A stretch of 64,000 nt of DNA, from the NCBI GenBank assembly GCA_029247405.1, contig JAQWLH010000254.1, forward strand, positions 6,949 through 70,948, given 5' to 3'. Below are positions 1 to 10,356 of this stretch, piece by piece. This DNA comes from Mariniblastus sp. GTDB lineage: Bacteria > Planctomycetota > Planctomycetia > Pirellulales > Pirellulaceae. Both the position numbers and the translations under genes were made by a program. The notes under the pieces are model-generated. The model was given only the letters and a program-made list of their open reading frames with translations. It was not told where the DNA came from and did not search any database. The first letter of the stretch is position 1. Every line of letters starts with the position of its first letter.

Positions 1-79
1 TCATCTTCATGCAGCGCAGAGAAACTCTTAACAAAGAAAGCTTGGATTTGGTTCCCAATACCAATGCGAGTGAACGGTT

Positions 80-808
80 TTAGATGGGTTGGACACGACG
101 AATTCGTTCGATCAATTCGCCTAAAATCAGCGCGGTGGCACCCCAGATTCGATGCGGCCCGACCTCGTAGAATGGAACATTGATGTTCATTCCACTCGCG
201 GATCTGATATTTCCATACTTCAAAATCGATGGATTGAGTAAATCGCTAACCGAAGCCTCGATAATTTCGTCAACTTCATGCTCCGAGCGAATAAACTTGG
301 GTTGCCCGGTATACCACGCGACAAAGGGGTTGACTGTAAAATCCGACGGCGGAATATAAACCGAGTTGAGTGATCCAAGCATTTGAATTTGGGCCTTCAT
401 CATTGAGGCCTCCAATTGGCCCGCGGAGGTGACCTTTGTCTCAATGGCTAATTCTTTGTTTCCTGAATCGACCCCTATCTCTTCAAATGTTTCACGGATG
501 GCGGTTTGCCAAAGCGACTCGCCTTTGTCCTGTTGACCACCAGGAAAACTAATCTGACCGGCATGATTGGTGAGCTGGGGATGCCGTTTGGTGAATACAA
601 TTTTAAGATCTTCAGCCGGGTCTTTTGGTTCGGCGGAAATATTTCTTGAATATAGCAATAACATGACTGCTGCAACGCGTCCGTCACCATCCATCTCATC
701 GGGACGGGTTTGGGGGCGATTCAACCCGGGCACATCAACTGCCGGTCGCCAATTCTCAAAGCCAACCAGTTGCATTGCCTCAAAGAGTATCTTCTTGGGC
801 GAGTTCAT
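80..808 (-). CDS. Nudix hydrolase, CoA pyrophosphatase (NudL/PCD1-like)
   Basis: HAGQISFPGG...AIRETFEEIG Nudix box with the CoA-pyrophosphatase upstream motif; C-terminal IWGATA. Confidence 0.88.
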   Translation of the reverse strand: MNSPKKILFEAMQLVGFENWRPAVDVPGLNRPQTRPDEMDGDGRVAAVMLLLYSRNISAEPKDPAEDLKIVFTKRHPQLTNHAGQISFPGGQQDKGESLWQTAIRETFEEIGVDSGNKELAIETKVTSAGQLEASMMKAQIQMLGSLNSVYIPPSDFTVNPFVAWYTGQPKFIRSEHEVDEIIEASVSDLLNPSILKYGNIRSASGMNINVPFYEVGPHRIWGATALILGELIERIRRVQPI

Positions 809-841
809 TTAACATTGGTTCTTGCATGAGACGTGTCAATC

Positions 842-2038
842 TTACCAGCGACCGCTTGCTCCACCGCCGGACGAACTCCCGCCGCTAAATCCACTACTAC
901 TGCTCGAGCCACCTCCAAAACTACTACTCCCGGAGGATTTAACCTTCTTGGGAGTCAGATAAGTGTAAACGTGGCGGTAGCTGCAGCTCTTGCAATCTTC
1001 GACGACACGGACCTTCCCGCCAACAGTATAGCTGGCGTGTCGGATGACCTTTTTGACTTGGAGCACCGTGATGTACCAACACTTGGGACACTTCGAAAAT
1101 CGGGTGAACAATTTGCCATAGCGCAACTTCAATATTTCTTTACATCGCGCGCAGCCCCAGACGTCGTAATCAACACTGCCAATTCGCTCTTCAATTTGTT
1201 GAGGCTCCTCCAAAAATTCATCGTCTTGCGTTTCTTCAAGCAGGCTCATCTCATTTTTGCATTTTGGACATTGCCGCGGACGATACCTGATGTAATAACG
1301 CCCGCCCATGAGCAGTCCCAATCCGCCAAACACACCACCACCAAGAATCCAAGGAAGCCACGTGATCGGTCCTCGCGGTTTGTGGCGACGATCATCGTTG
1401 AGGAGTCTTTGGCCAGAAAGCGAAACGGAAGGCAGCATTGGCGGAGCATCAAGATCAGCCACTGAGAAGATCCTCGTCCCACAAGTTCGAATGCCTTCAT
1501 ACAGCCCAGAGTTGTAGTCTCCGTTCCTAAAGTTTTCGATCACGACATCTTGCATGATCTGATTGGCAATTCGCTCCTCTTCCCGACCATCAATCCCGTC
1601 ACCTAGCAAAATCTCGGCCGCCTTGTCATCAATCGCGACAAACAAAAGCAACCCATTGTCTTTCCAGACCCCGGACATCATCGGGAGGCCAGGTTTGCCA
1701 ACTCCCCAGAGGTTAAACAGATTCTTGCCAAACTGACGATGGGCGCTGTTCTTCCCAGGTTTCGATGGCCCTCCAATCGTCGAAACAACCACCACACACA
1801 TTTCACGCTTAAGCCGATCATTGATCTCTTGGCAAGCCATATTGATGTGCTCAACCGCCTCCTCAGAGACCGTTCCTGTTAAATCGGTAATCCATCCTGC
1901 AGGCCGTGGCGTTGGGATGTCATCGATCGTGATGGGTTGCTGCGTTTGCGCAGAAAGTGTTTCTGTCACGACAACCAAAAATGAACACGAAATCACGAGC
2001 AAGAAGAAAACGGGTAAAGAAAGGCGACGAATGTTCAT
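842..2038 (-). CDS. TPM domain membrane protein with Zn-ribbon motifs and Gly/Ser-rich tail
   Basis: Signal peptide; ITDLTGTV..LFNLWGVG..DNGLLLFVA TPM motifs; TM helix; four CxxC pairs; FSGGSSSGGGASGRW end. Confidence 0.8.
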   Translation of the reverse strand: MNIRRLSLPVFFLLVISCSFLVVVTETLSAQTQQPITIDDIPTPRPAGWITDLTGTVSEEAVEHINMACQEINDRLKREMCVVVVSTIGGPSKPGKNSAHRQFGKNLFNLWGVGKPGLPMMSGVWKDNGLLLFVAIDDKAAEILLGDGIDGREEERIANQIMQDVVIENFRNGDYNSGLYEGIRTCGTRIFSVADLDAPPMLPSVSLSGQRLLNDDRRHKPRGPITWLPWILGGGVFGGLGLLMGGRYYIRYRPRQCPKCKNEMSLLEETQDDEFLEEPQQIEERIGSVDYDVWGCARCKEILKLRYGKLFTRFSKCPKCWYITVLQVKKVIRHASYTVGGKVRVVEDCKSCSYRHVYTYLTPKKVKSSGSSSFGGGSSSSSGFSGGSSSGGGASGRW

Positions 2039-2146
2039 AGGACAATCTGTTTACTCTCTCAATATTATTATCTGGGGCAAAGATTGGTCAGACAGAAACA
2101 CGTCATTTCATTTTAGCATCATTTAGAATGGATTCTTGATTCCTTT

Positions 2147-2389
2147 TTAATTGTAATCCTGCTCAGCCCGGCTCCAAACATTGGCTTCTCCCTCAGCGTC
2201 AAACTCGACAAAAATCACATTTGGATTGCAACAAACGGGACAATCTTCGACGTATTGCTGGGATTGTCCCTCAGAATAATCGAGCGGTACAACGATCTCT
2301 TCACCACATCGGTTACAAACATAGCCCGCTTCCTCATTTAACTGGGAACCGGTTGAATCTAAATCATCGTCTTCAAAATCACTGTACAT
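2147..2389 (-). CDS. CPXCG-motif cysteine-rich small protein
   Basis: CNRCGEEIVVPLD..QQYVEDCPVCCNPN; start placed at the internal ATG (MYSDF). Confidence 0.8.
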   Translation of the reverse strand: MYSDFEDDDLDSTGSQLNEEAGYVCNRCGEEIVVPLDYSEGQSQQYVEDCPVCCNPNVIFVEFDAEGEANVWSRAEQDYN

Positions 2390-2532
2390 GTTTGTCTTAA
2401 ACCTAAACCACAGCCTAACCTGATAAGGGGTGCAGATACTTTGATGCCAAATTGACGAGTGAAACTCTTGAAGGCAACCGCAAATATCTTTCCAACCATG
2501 TTGGTCACTGATGCAAAGGCAAGCAGGCCGTT

Positions 2533-5337
2533 TCAAGCTTCGATTGTCGTCAATACTTGCGATTCCGAATCATTTCCACGAACTGCCGTGACCAAAACTT
2601 TGGTTCCCGGTTCAATATCGACCAAGCCATTGATATTCAATTCTCCTGTTCGAATACTGCTGCGAGCCCCTCGAATTGATTTACCGTTCATCTGTGAAAT
2701 GAAGACTTCCGCATCTTTGAGCGTTTTGAACGCTGGTAATTTGCAACTTGGCATCCGCCCCGTCTCTGCCGTTGAGGTTGCAAATTTACCTAACCGACCC
2801 CGGGGCTGATTCTTATCCGGATGATCAACAATATTTCGAAGCGCCAGTTCTATTTTGTCTTGATCAGGATCAAACGTCATCTCCAAAAAATTCCAATAAA
2901 CCGGATCGCCTTGATCGTGCGGCTCTTGCTCCGCATTTTTAAAATTACGGTGATAAAGGCTGTGAATTTCGATTTCCCGCTCGTCCACATCTTTCATCTT
3001 GGGACCAAATCCGGGAATCAAAGCCCGACCGCCGGTTCTTCCAATTGGCCCGAAACTGCATTCCAGCACACGATGTTCGACATTGTTAGTGATTGAACCG
3101 TTGTGAACATCACCATAAACAGAAACAATGCCTTCGCGACTGCCCAGCAATTCCAAGACACGATCTGAGCCGGCTTTCACCCAACCCGCGTAGTCAGCAG
3201 TGACCCGATCGCGTTGCTCGAAATTTTTTGGATGATCTTTACTCGCTGAATTTCCATTCTTTGCGCCGGCCCAGATCGTGTGCAGTCCGTTGATTCCTGT
3301 CAAACAAATCAGCGGAGACGAATCCGTTGAAAGCTGTTCCTTGAGCCAGCCGAACTGCTCTTCGCCGAGTAGACTTCGGGTTGGATCGGTCCGATCGTAG
3401 AGGCTCTTGAATTTATCCCAACCTTGGTCATCCCATATATCGACATCTTGACTGGACCTCCAAAGCCGCGAATCCAAGACGATCAACGTGAAATCGCGGT
3501 TGGGCATTTTCCAGGCACGCCATTTTTTTGGATTCGTGACTGGATCGGATTCCTCGGCACCTGTCGTCAAATGATGAACGATTTGAAAATTGCGGCGCAG
3601 ATAACTGGAGTCTTGACCCAATCCATCCTGTTTACGGATGGCAAGTTGCTCCGGGCCTTTCACATCATCCATGCCGTAATCATGATCCCCCGGATTAATC
3701 ACATTCCAGTGGCGCATCATTTGCCAACGCGATGTCGGACCACAGATGGAAAGCTCGATAATTTTATAGGCATCATCAGTGCTGGGTGGATACATGACGA
3801 GTTCCATGTACCAAACATCGTCTTCCCAAACCATGACTTGGAAATCATATTCCTCTAAGTGCTTGTAAGCCTCAACAGTCGGTTGATCGCGAAATTGCCA
3901 GACGTCACGACCACCAGCCATCTCTTTCCAGCCCTGGTCGTCTCGCTGTTGCAGCCCTGAAGTGATCGCGTGACAACTCAGCCCACAAAGCTTGTAAGGC
4001 GCCCTCAAGCGTGGTAGTCGCCCAACATAGTTTCCATTTGTCGGCACGTCACCGACCAACGCCGTGCCGGGCCCACAGGCATCGGTCCCAAGACGGCCAT
4101 CGGCCGTCACATCGATTCCATCTTTCCAAACAGTATAAAAAAGCTCTGTTTCATTGGGATTAAAATTAGCTGGGAGAGTCACGTCGATGATCGCTGTGTT
4201 TCGACGGAACGGGTTATTGATGATCTTTGCTGAACCATAACCTGCAACCGTGCCCCAGCCACCCTCGGGAGAAGGCGAGTCGTGAACACGGATTTCAACG
4301 CGCGTTCCGTCGGAAGCAAACAGCGCGACAAATCGCACCGTCCATTCTTTTCCCTTTTGTTTGAGTGTATCGCCAAGCGGATAACAAACGAGACAATCAG
4401 AAATACCAACCTTGAGTGGCTGATTAGCCTCTGGAATCACTTCGAACTGGTTAACTTCAAAATCGATCAATCCGCGTGATGCGATTCCAACATAGCCGGC
4501 CTGCTTGGGAATGAACTTCGTCACCGTGACCGTTTTTCCATTCGCGGAAAACTTGGCAACCACTTTGGACTGCTTAGGGTTGGTCGGAGAAGGCGAGACA
4601 GAAACCAACAACTCACACCGGTCACCGGGCAAAAGATCCATTGCCTCAATTTCGACTCCCGGTTGCTGAAAAGGTTGATTGCCGGATTGTTTCCCACGAT
4701 CACGATTGCCGGGACGAATCATTCGAAGTTTTCCGTCATCAGTCCAACCTATGTTCCAAGCATTGGAGACTTTGCCGTAGCTCTCGTAAACTGATTTGCC
4801 ACCGATCGCGATTCCCATCAACCCGTATCCGTCTTGATACATGTGCCAACCTGGATCGTCAGTTTCAGCAGGCAGGGGGCGTTTGCAACGGAAGGTAAAG
4901 CTCGCTTTGACGCTATAATTTTCCCTCAAATTCCAGTTGGGCTGATAAATAATCCCGACCGGCAAAGATGGATCATATTCCGTCTTGAATTCAAACCCGT
5001 GCGTTTCACCGTGGTAGGGAAAACCAGTTCGCCGCGCACGATCGCCTACATTTTTTAAACGCCGCCTAAGCGCACCGTCTTGAATTTTCCAATACCCCGG
5101 ATTGAGTGATTGCCAGTCATGACCGTGAAAAAGCGTATCCGGAGTCTGAAATTCAAACGTCGTTGGAGCATTTAATAACGAATGAGTAACTTGCTTGAAC
5201 GATCCATCAGAAAAGCTCGAGCCAGCCGCCGCCCCCAACGAGACTGCCGCCGTCGTGGCTAAAAAATCACGCCGATCTATTTCCCGAATTTCATCACAAT
5301 TGCGATTGGGCAACTCTGTTTTCTTATCTGCCATCAT
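2533..5337 (-). CDS. Tat-exported PhoD-like metallophosphoesterase with N-terminal beta domain
   Basis: RRDFL Tat motif; WEDDVWY, PGDHDY, LDSR, LLGEEQFGWL, GDVH motifs resembling alkaline phosphatase D. Confidence 0.7.
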   Translation of the reverse strand: MMADKKTELPNRNCDEIREIDRRDFLATTAAVSLGAAAGSSFSDGSFKQVTHSLLNAPTTFEFQTPDTLFHGHDWQSLNPGYWKIQDGALRRRLKNVGDRARRTGFPYHGETHGFEFKTEYDPSLPVGIIYQPNWNLRENYSVKASFTFRCKRPLPAETDDPGWHMYQDGYGLMGIAIGGKSVYESYGKVSNAWNIGWTDDGKLRMIRPGNRDRGKQSGNQPFQQPGVEIEAMDLLPGDRCELLVSVSPSPTNPKQSKVVAKFSANGKTVTVTKFIPKQAGYVGIASRGLIDFEVNQFEVIPEANQPLKVGISDCLVCYPLGDTLKQKGKEWTVRFVALFASDGTRVEIRVHDSPSPEGGWGTVAGYGSAKIINNPFRRNTAIIDVTLPANFNPNETELFYTVWKDGIDVTADGRLGTDACGPGTALVGDVPTNGNYVGRLPRLRAPYKLCGLSCHAITSGLQQRDDQGWKEMAGGRDVWQFRDQPTVEAYKHLEEYDFQVMVWEDDVWYMELVMYPPSTDDAYKIIELSICGPTSRWQMMRHWNVINPGDHDYGMDDVKGPEQLAIRKQDGLGQDSSYLRRNFQIVHHLTTGAEESDPVTNPKKWRAWKMPNRDFTLIVLDSRLWRSSQDVDIWDDQGWDKFKSLYDRTDPTRSLLGEEQFGWLKEQLSTDSSPLICLTGINGLHTIWAGAKNGNSASKDHPKNFEQRDRVTADYAGWVKAGSDRVLELLGSREGIVSVYGDVHNGSITNNVEHRVLECSFGPIGRTGGRALIPGFGPKMKDVDEREIEIHSLYHRNFKNAEQEPHDQGDPVYWNFLEMTFDPDQDKIELALRNIVDHPDKNQPRGRLGKFATSTAETGRMPSCKLPAFKTLKDAEVFISQMNGKSIRGARSSIRTGELNINGLVDIEPGTKVLVTAVRGNDSESQVLTTIEA

Positions 5338-5559
5338 TTTGCCTTTGAGTCGTCGGAATGGTATCGGTTATTCGGTGCCCATTGAAGCTATTTATCGCCA
5401 ACTTGAAAACAAATGTTCATCCGTTTTTATTGTGAGTTGTAAGCTTTCAATGGAGATACACCTTCGTAACTCGGGTGCTTGATTGCATTAGAGACGCTGA
5501 CCGACCGATTCGCCACACGATATCGATCGACCTTTTTACCCTCACCAAGGATTTGCATC

Positions 5560-5835
5560 ATGAAGCTTCAAATCTTTACTGGCATATTATTACCACTTAT
5601 TCTAGTCGCGGCTTTTCTCACACAGTCCGCTGCAGCAGACGAGCCAAGTTGGTATCCCTACGTCCTCGCACGTGGGAACGATCGAGCGGTGATTAAAAAC
5701 AAGCCAATGCATGAGCGGCCGTATCGTCCGATGCACTTCTACGGCAATACGATTCGTCGAAATTATCATCGTGGTTTTGCCCCGCCGTTGCCACGAGATT
5801 GGTTTCGCTCTGCAACTGTCGTCTTGAGTCGATAG
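5560..5835 (+). CDS. Small secreted hypothetical protein (planctomycete type)
   Basis: Signal peptide ending AAA-D; ERPYRPMHFYGNTIRR motif; fills the gap between the flanking genes. Confidence 0.65.
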   Translation: MKLQIFTGILLPLILVAAFLTQSAAADEPSWYPYVLARGNDRAVIKNKPMHERPYRPMHFYGNTIRRNYHRGFAPPLPRDWFRSATVVLSR

Positions 5836-5856
5836 CACTTGATTCCTGCGACATCC

Positions 5857-7332
5857 CTACAAACCAAAATAATCGTGGATGTACTCCTTGCGGTCCCCGT
5901 CGTGCTTGACATATTGAAGCATCGCGAGCAGCTTGGTCTGATCACGTTTTAATTTTCCAGAGAGCGCCGCAGCGTCTTTCAGTTTTTCGGGCAACTCACC
6001 CACCGCGGTCACCTTGAGGGGATGGAGCGAACCGTCGATGACCCCCCAACGGTCAAACATTGAAAGGGTGGTCTCTAAACGTCGGTCATGTTTTTGTTTG
6101 TAGTGAATTCGCTCCCGAAGCCATTCAATTCCAAACGCATTAATCTGTTCGGTCTCGTTCTTCAAAAAATCGTAAACTCGCTCGTAGAATTCTGCGTCTG
6201 GATTACTCCATTGCATGAACTCCATTTGAGTAGCCAAATCACGTTCGTCATACATAAGCAAACACTTAGCAGGCAAGCCGTCCCGCCCTGCCCTGCCAAT
6301 TTCCTGATAGTAGGACTCTAAAGACCCCGGCAAATCCGCGTGCAAGACGTATCGAATGTCCTCTTTGTCCACTCCCATTCCGAACGCATTGGTCGCCAAA
6401 ACCAAATGACCTGGCTCGTTCATGAATGATTCCTGCAGGCCACGACGAGACGTTCTGGGAAGATCACCGTGATAAATCAAATGGGCAACGTTGTCCTCCC
6501 ATAGTCGATCACTGAACTCCATTAGCTTGCGAATCAAAGTAAAGTACACAACTCCACTGCCGGGAAGTTCAGCTCGTGTTTGCTTGATCAATTCAAACTT
6601 TGCGTCATCATCCCATACTTGGACGACATCAAGTGAAAGGTTCGGTCGTTCAATTCCTGCGTGGAAAAGTTCGACATCGCCTGTCTCAAGATTCAATTGT
6701 CGAACAATATCGGCCTGCACATCGGGAGTAGCGGTCGCGGTTAACGCGATGGTGGCCGGACTGCCAAGCGACTTTCGAATGTCACCAATCCGCGTATAGT
6801 CCGGGCGAAAGTCATGCCCCCATTCGCTAATGCAATGGGCCTCATCAACCGCCAATAAAACAATTTCGCGTTGTGAAATGACTTTGCAGAAATCAGGCTT
6901 CCGAAATCGCTCGGGCGTCACATACAACAGGTCGTACTCGCCTGCTGCAATCTGCCCATATCGACTGAGCCGTTGATCACGAAGCAACGAAGAATTAACA
7001 AACGTTGCATCAACACCTTTTGCAACCAGAGCGTCTACTTGATCTTTCATCAGTGCGATCAGAGGCGAAATCACCAATGTCAGCGGCCGCTTGAAATTGG
7101 TATTTTCGCCGGCATCTGGCAGTTTAGCGGCGTGGTCCGATGTTCGAGCGTGCAGGATCGCGGGTATTTGAAAGCAGAGGCTTTTCCCCATCCCAGTTGG
7201 CATAATCACCAGGCAATGTCCGCCTCCAAAAACCCGCTCAATGATTTTAGCCTGACTTCCACGAAACTCATCGTGCCCAAAGAAGTCTCTCAAGACGTCT
7301 TTCATACGGTTGGTTATTTCGAACTGGGGCAT
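5857..7332 (-). CDS. recQ: RecQ-family ATP-dependent DNA helicase (short form)
   Basis: MPTGMGKS, SPLIALMKDQV, VDEAHCISEWGHDFRPDY, ATNAFGMGVDK, YYQEIGRAGRDG. Confidence 0.9.
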   Translation of the reverse strand: MPQFEITNRMKDVLRDFFGHDEFRGSQAKIIERVFGGGHCLVIMPTGMGKSLCFQIPAILHARTSDHAAKLPDAGENTNFKRPLTLVISPLIALMKDQVDALVAKGVDATFVNSSLLRDQRLSRYGQIAAGEYDLLYVTPERFRKPDFCKVISQREIVLLAVDEAHCISEWGHDFRPDYTRIGDIRKSLGSPATIALTATATPDVQADIVRQLNLETGDVELFHAGIERPNLSLDVVQVWDDDAKFELIKQTRAELPGSGVVYFTLIRKLMEFSDRLWEDNVAHLIYHGDLPRTSRRGLQESFMNEPGHLVLATNAFGMGVDKEDIRYVLHADLPGSLESYYQEIGRAGRDGLPAKCLLMYDERDLATQMEFMQWSNPDAEFYERVYDFLKNETEQINAFGIEWLRERIHYKQKHDRRLETTLSMFDRWGVIDGSLHPLKVTAVGELPEKLKDAAALSGKLKRDQTKLLAMLQYVKHDGDRKEYIHDYFGL

Positions 7333-7511
7333 TCGTTCTGGCCGGCAAATCGCGGAATTTTATGAGAAACACCATTGCTTTGGCGGTGTTTAACCTTGGG
7401 GTGATTCAATATCGTATTGGATAAACCTTTTGCTCTACAATTGGAGCAAACGTCTCTTCGCCTCCGCGACTTTATTTGAGTTTTAATTTGCGTTTATTCC
7501 AAACTAATAAT

Positions 7512-9032
7512 ATGCCGGACAAATCTCTGCAATATTCATTTCGCGATGGCTCCGGGTGGATCTTGGCAGCGATCATTTTCACGATGATCATTTCCACAAC
7601 CAGTCACACCCTGGCTCAGAGCGAAGTCACACCGGTCAGTAAACTGCTTGGAAAAGTCCAAAATTCGGAATATAAATCAAAACAGCCTCCCAACGGTGTT
7701 GTTACCGATGCGGCGACTTGGAAAGCGCTCTGGGAAGCTTGGCGACCCAACAAGCAAATTTCCAGGGTTGATTTTAAAAAGCAAATTGTGTTGGTTGAAA
7801 CAGTGAACGGGCCAAACAATTTGGTGACGACCAGTTTAACTTTGACTTCTCGAGGTGATCTTCGCTATCAAGCGATCTCACCCAACCAGCAACCCGGGCC
7901 AGGGTTCGGATACATCCTGCTGATTGTACCCAGTGATGGCGTTCTTTCAGTCAATGGAAAACGAATCAACAAATCGGTCTCGTCTCAACCGGCAGTAATA
8001 CTTCCACCGGCCACCACGCCGGCAGCGGCTGACCCCAGACCAACTTTGCAACAGCCAAAACTGGATCGTAATCCAAATGCACAATCGATCGATGTTGAAA
8101 TCAGAGGTTTAATCCGCACCGGAACCATTGGCTATGGCGGGCGCTCAACTGGTGCAATGGTCGTTGCCAATGGAATCGTTTGGGAGCTGGATCTCAAGAA
8201 CGATCCTGAATTAGTGCAAGCCGCTCGGCAGCAAGGGACAGACTTGGCCAAGATCAAAGGCTCCCTTACTAAGCTTGACGGTCCTGATCGAGATGTACGT
8301 TGGATCGTATTGGTGAACAGCATTGAGGATGCCCGTGGCTCCGAAATAAATCGTAACCCCACTCCCGGTCAATTGGCGAAGAACAAACAGAGCGACACGA
8401 TTCCAAATCCAACTTCAACCCCTCGGCGCCGAAATTTGCCAACCCCGCCCTTTCCATACCAACCACCCGCTCAACCACCCGCTCAACCACCCGCTCAACC
8501 ACCCGCTCAACCACCCGCTCAACCACCCGCTCAACCACCCGCTCAACCACCCGCTCAACCTGCTAACGACTTGGCCCTACAGAATCCGATGAGGCAAACT
8601 CGCGATCAAGCGACCACGCCTCCACCCAGAAGAACAACCATTCCAGCCCGTCAATTCGCGGATCCCAATCAAAACTCCTTCCGTTCGATCGTCATCGTAG
8701 CCAGACAAGGGCTGCGCGGCCCAAAGCAAACTCAAACAATTGATTCCAAAGGTGGAGTCAAAGTCGAGGTTCCTACCTCAAATTATTCTGATTCATTCGA
8801 GCTGGGAACGGAGGGCTTGGCCAACCTGCGACAATACGTCGGAGGAACCAATTGGGCTGACGTTCCCTCAACCACTCGCTCGCTGGCAGACACCGACACG
8901 GTAATGAATTTTGAAATTCGGATCGAAACTCGCGCGGGTACCAAGCGAATTTTTATCGATGGGCCTTCCGTCCAGTCAAATTCGGTCATTCGCAATCTAT
9001 TTCTGTTGCTCAGGCGTCCAAAGACCAATTAG
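7512..9032 (+). CDS. Secreted multidomain hypothetical protein with Pro/Gln-rich linker
   Basis: Long ORF with signal-peptide-like N-terminus and (QPPA)8 linker; start uncertain. Confidence 0.7.
   Translation: MPDKSLQYSFRDGSGWILAAIIFTMIISTTSHTLAQSEVTPVSKLLGKVQNSEYKSKQPPNGVVTDAATWKALWEAWRPNKQISRVDFKKQIVLVETVNGPNNLVTTSLTLTSRGDLRYQAISPNQQPGPGFGYILLIVPSDGVLSVNGKRINKSVSSQPAVILPPATTPAAADPRPTLQQPKLDRNPNAQSIDVEIRGLIRTGTIGYGGRSTGAMVVANGIVWELDLKNDPELVQAARQQGTDLAKIKGSLTKLDGPDRDVRWIVLVNSIEDARGSEINRNPTPGQLAKNKQSDTIPNPTSTPRRRNLPTPPFPYQPPAQPPAQPPAQPPAQPPAQPPAQPPAQPPAQPANDLALQNPMRQTRDQATTPPPRRTTIPARQFADPNQNSFRSIVIVARQGLRGPKQTQTIDSKGGVKVEVPTSNYSDSFELGTEGLANLRQYVGGTNWADVPSTTRSLADTDTVMNFEIRIETRAGTKRIFIDGPSVQSNSVIRNLFLLLRRPKTN
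8460..8560 (+). repeat. Perfect 12-bp tandem repeat (CAACCACCCGCT)x8 plus a partial copy
   Basis: Read directly; encodes QPPA repeats. Confidence 0.97.
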
Positions 9033-9245
9033 CTCAACAGCGTCTGCTCGGTTGACCGCTTTTAGTTAATAGTGAAGAAAACTTCCCAAGAGCTGACGCG
9101 ATACTTAACGTCGATAACAACCGTTCTGCACGTTAATGTCGACCAGCCACTTTGTGGCACTTTTCAACCACTTCGCATCTACTTTCAATTGGCTAAAATC
9201 TCGGATGGGAAAGCCATGCTCATCCAACCAAGGTCCGAGATTCCA

Positions 9246-10226
9246 ATGAATAAACTTGATCAACTTAAAGCAGTTACTGATGTGGTCGCGGATACGGGCG
9301 ACATCGATGCAATTGCTGACTTCAAGCCAATCGACGCCACGACGAACCCTTCGCTATTGCTCAAAGCTGCTCAGTTGCCGCGATACGATTCATTAATTAG
9401 CGACGCTATCAAGTGGGCACAACAAAATGAAGTCGCAGACAGACAGAAACAGTTAGCACTGTTAACCGACAAACTGGCTGTCAGCATCGGTTGTGAGATA
9501 TTGAAAATCATTCCGGGCCGTATTTCAACCGAAGTCGACGCACGACTCAGTTTCGACACAGCGGCCAGCGTCGATCGCGCTCACCGACTTATTCAGTTTT
9601 ATGAAGAAGCAGGTGTTGGACGCGAACGCGTGTTGATCAAACTGGCTTCGACATGGGAAGGCATTCGGGCGGCAGAGATTTTGGAAAAACAAAATATCAA
9701 CTGTAACCTGACGTTGTTGTTTTGTTCGGCTCAGGCAGTTGCGGCGGCACAAGCAGGTGCGTTCTTGATTTCGCCCTTTGTTGGTCGAATTTTAGATTGG
9801 TATAAGAAAGACCAGGGAGTCGACAGTTTCCCAGCCGAAGAGGACCCCGGTGTCATATCAGTTCGAAACATCTACGCACTTTACAAAGACCGCGGTTACC
9901 AGACAGTTGTGATGGGGGCAAGCTTTCGAAATGTGGGCGAAATTGAGGCGCTGGCAGGCTGCGACCGATTGACCATTGGCCCTCAGTTTTTGGAAGAACT
10001 TTCCAACGACGAGGGCGAATTGACGCGAGCGCTTTCACCCGAGGCTAGACCTGATTACGAAGATTGCGTTATCAGCAGCGAATCAGATTTCCGACTCCAA
10101 CTCAACGCCGACGCCATGGCAACTGAAAAGCTTGCTCAGGGAATTCGGTCGTTCATCGGTGATCAAATCAAACTTGAGGTCCTCTTGCAAAAGCGGCTTG
10201 AGTCAACCAAGGCAATCTCGAACTAG
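9246..10226 (+). CDS. tal: Transaldolase
   Basis: [49 protein letters not shown]. Confidence 0.97.
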   Translation: MNKLDQLKAVTDVVADTGDIDAIADFKPIDATTNPSLLLKAAQLPRYDSLISDAIKWAQQNEVADRQKQLALLTDKLAVSIGCEILKIIPGRISTEVDARLSFDTAASVDRAHRLIQFYEEAGVGRERVLIKLASTWEGIRAAEILEKQNINCNLTLLFCSAQAVAAAQAGAFLISPFVGRILDWYKKDQGVDSFPAEEDPGVISVRNIYALYKDRGYQTVVMGASFRNVGEIEALAGCDRLTIGPQFLEELSNDEGELTRALSPEARPDYEDCVISSESDFRLQLNADAMATEKLAQGIRSFIGDQIKLEVLLQKRLESTKAISN

Positions 10227-10356
10227 AAAACTGGGTTACCAACCCAAGTCAAAATAAAATTTGGGTTTAGACTTTAGCAGGCGATTGCCGTTTTCAAAAG
10301 TTGAGTCGGTAGCAATTTGCGGATCAACCAAGCAAGATCCCGCAGCAACATGGCAT

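Noticed and set aside
1-79. Possible gene start running off the left edge
   Set aside because: Only a few codons are visible, so it cannot be supported.
833-1465. 210-aa plus-strand ORF
   Set aside because: It is antisense to the TPM-domain gene and has no recognisable motifs.
8269-8550. Antisense ORF with VVER repeats
   Set aside because: It is the shadow of the 12-bp repeat within the plus-strand gene.
8460-8560. CRISPR array
   Set aside because: The repeats are contiguous with no spacers, and there are no cas genes in the window.
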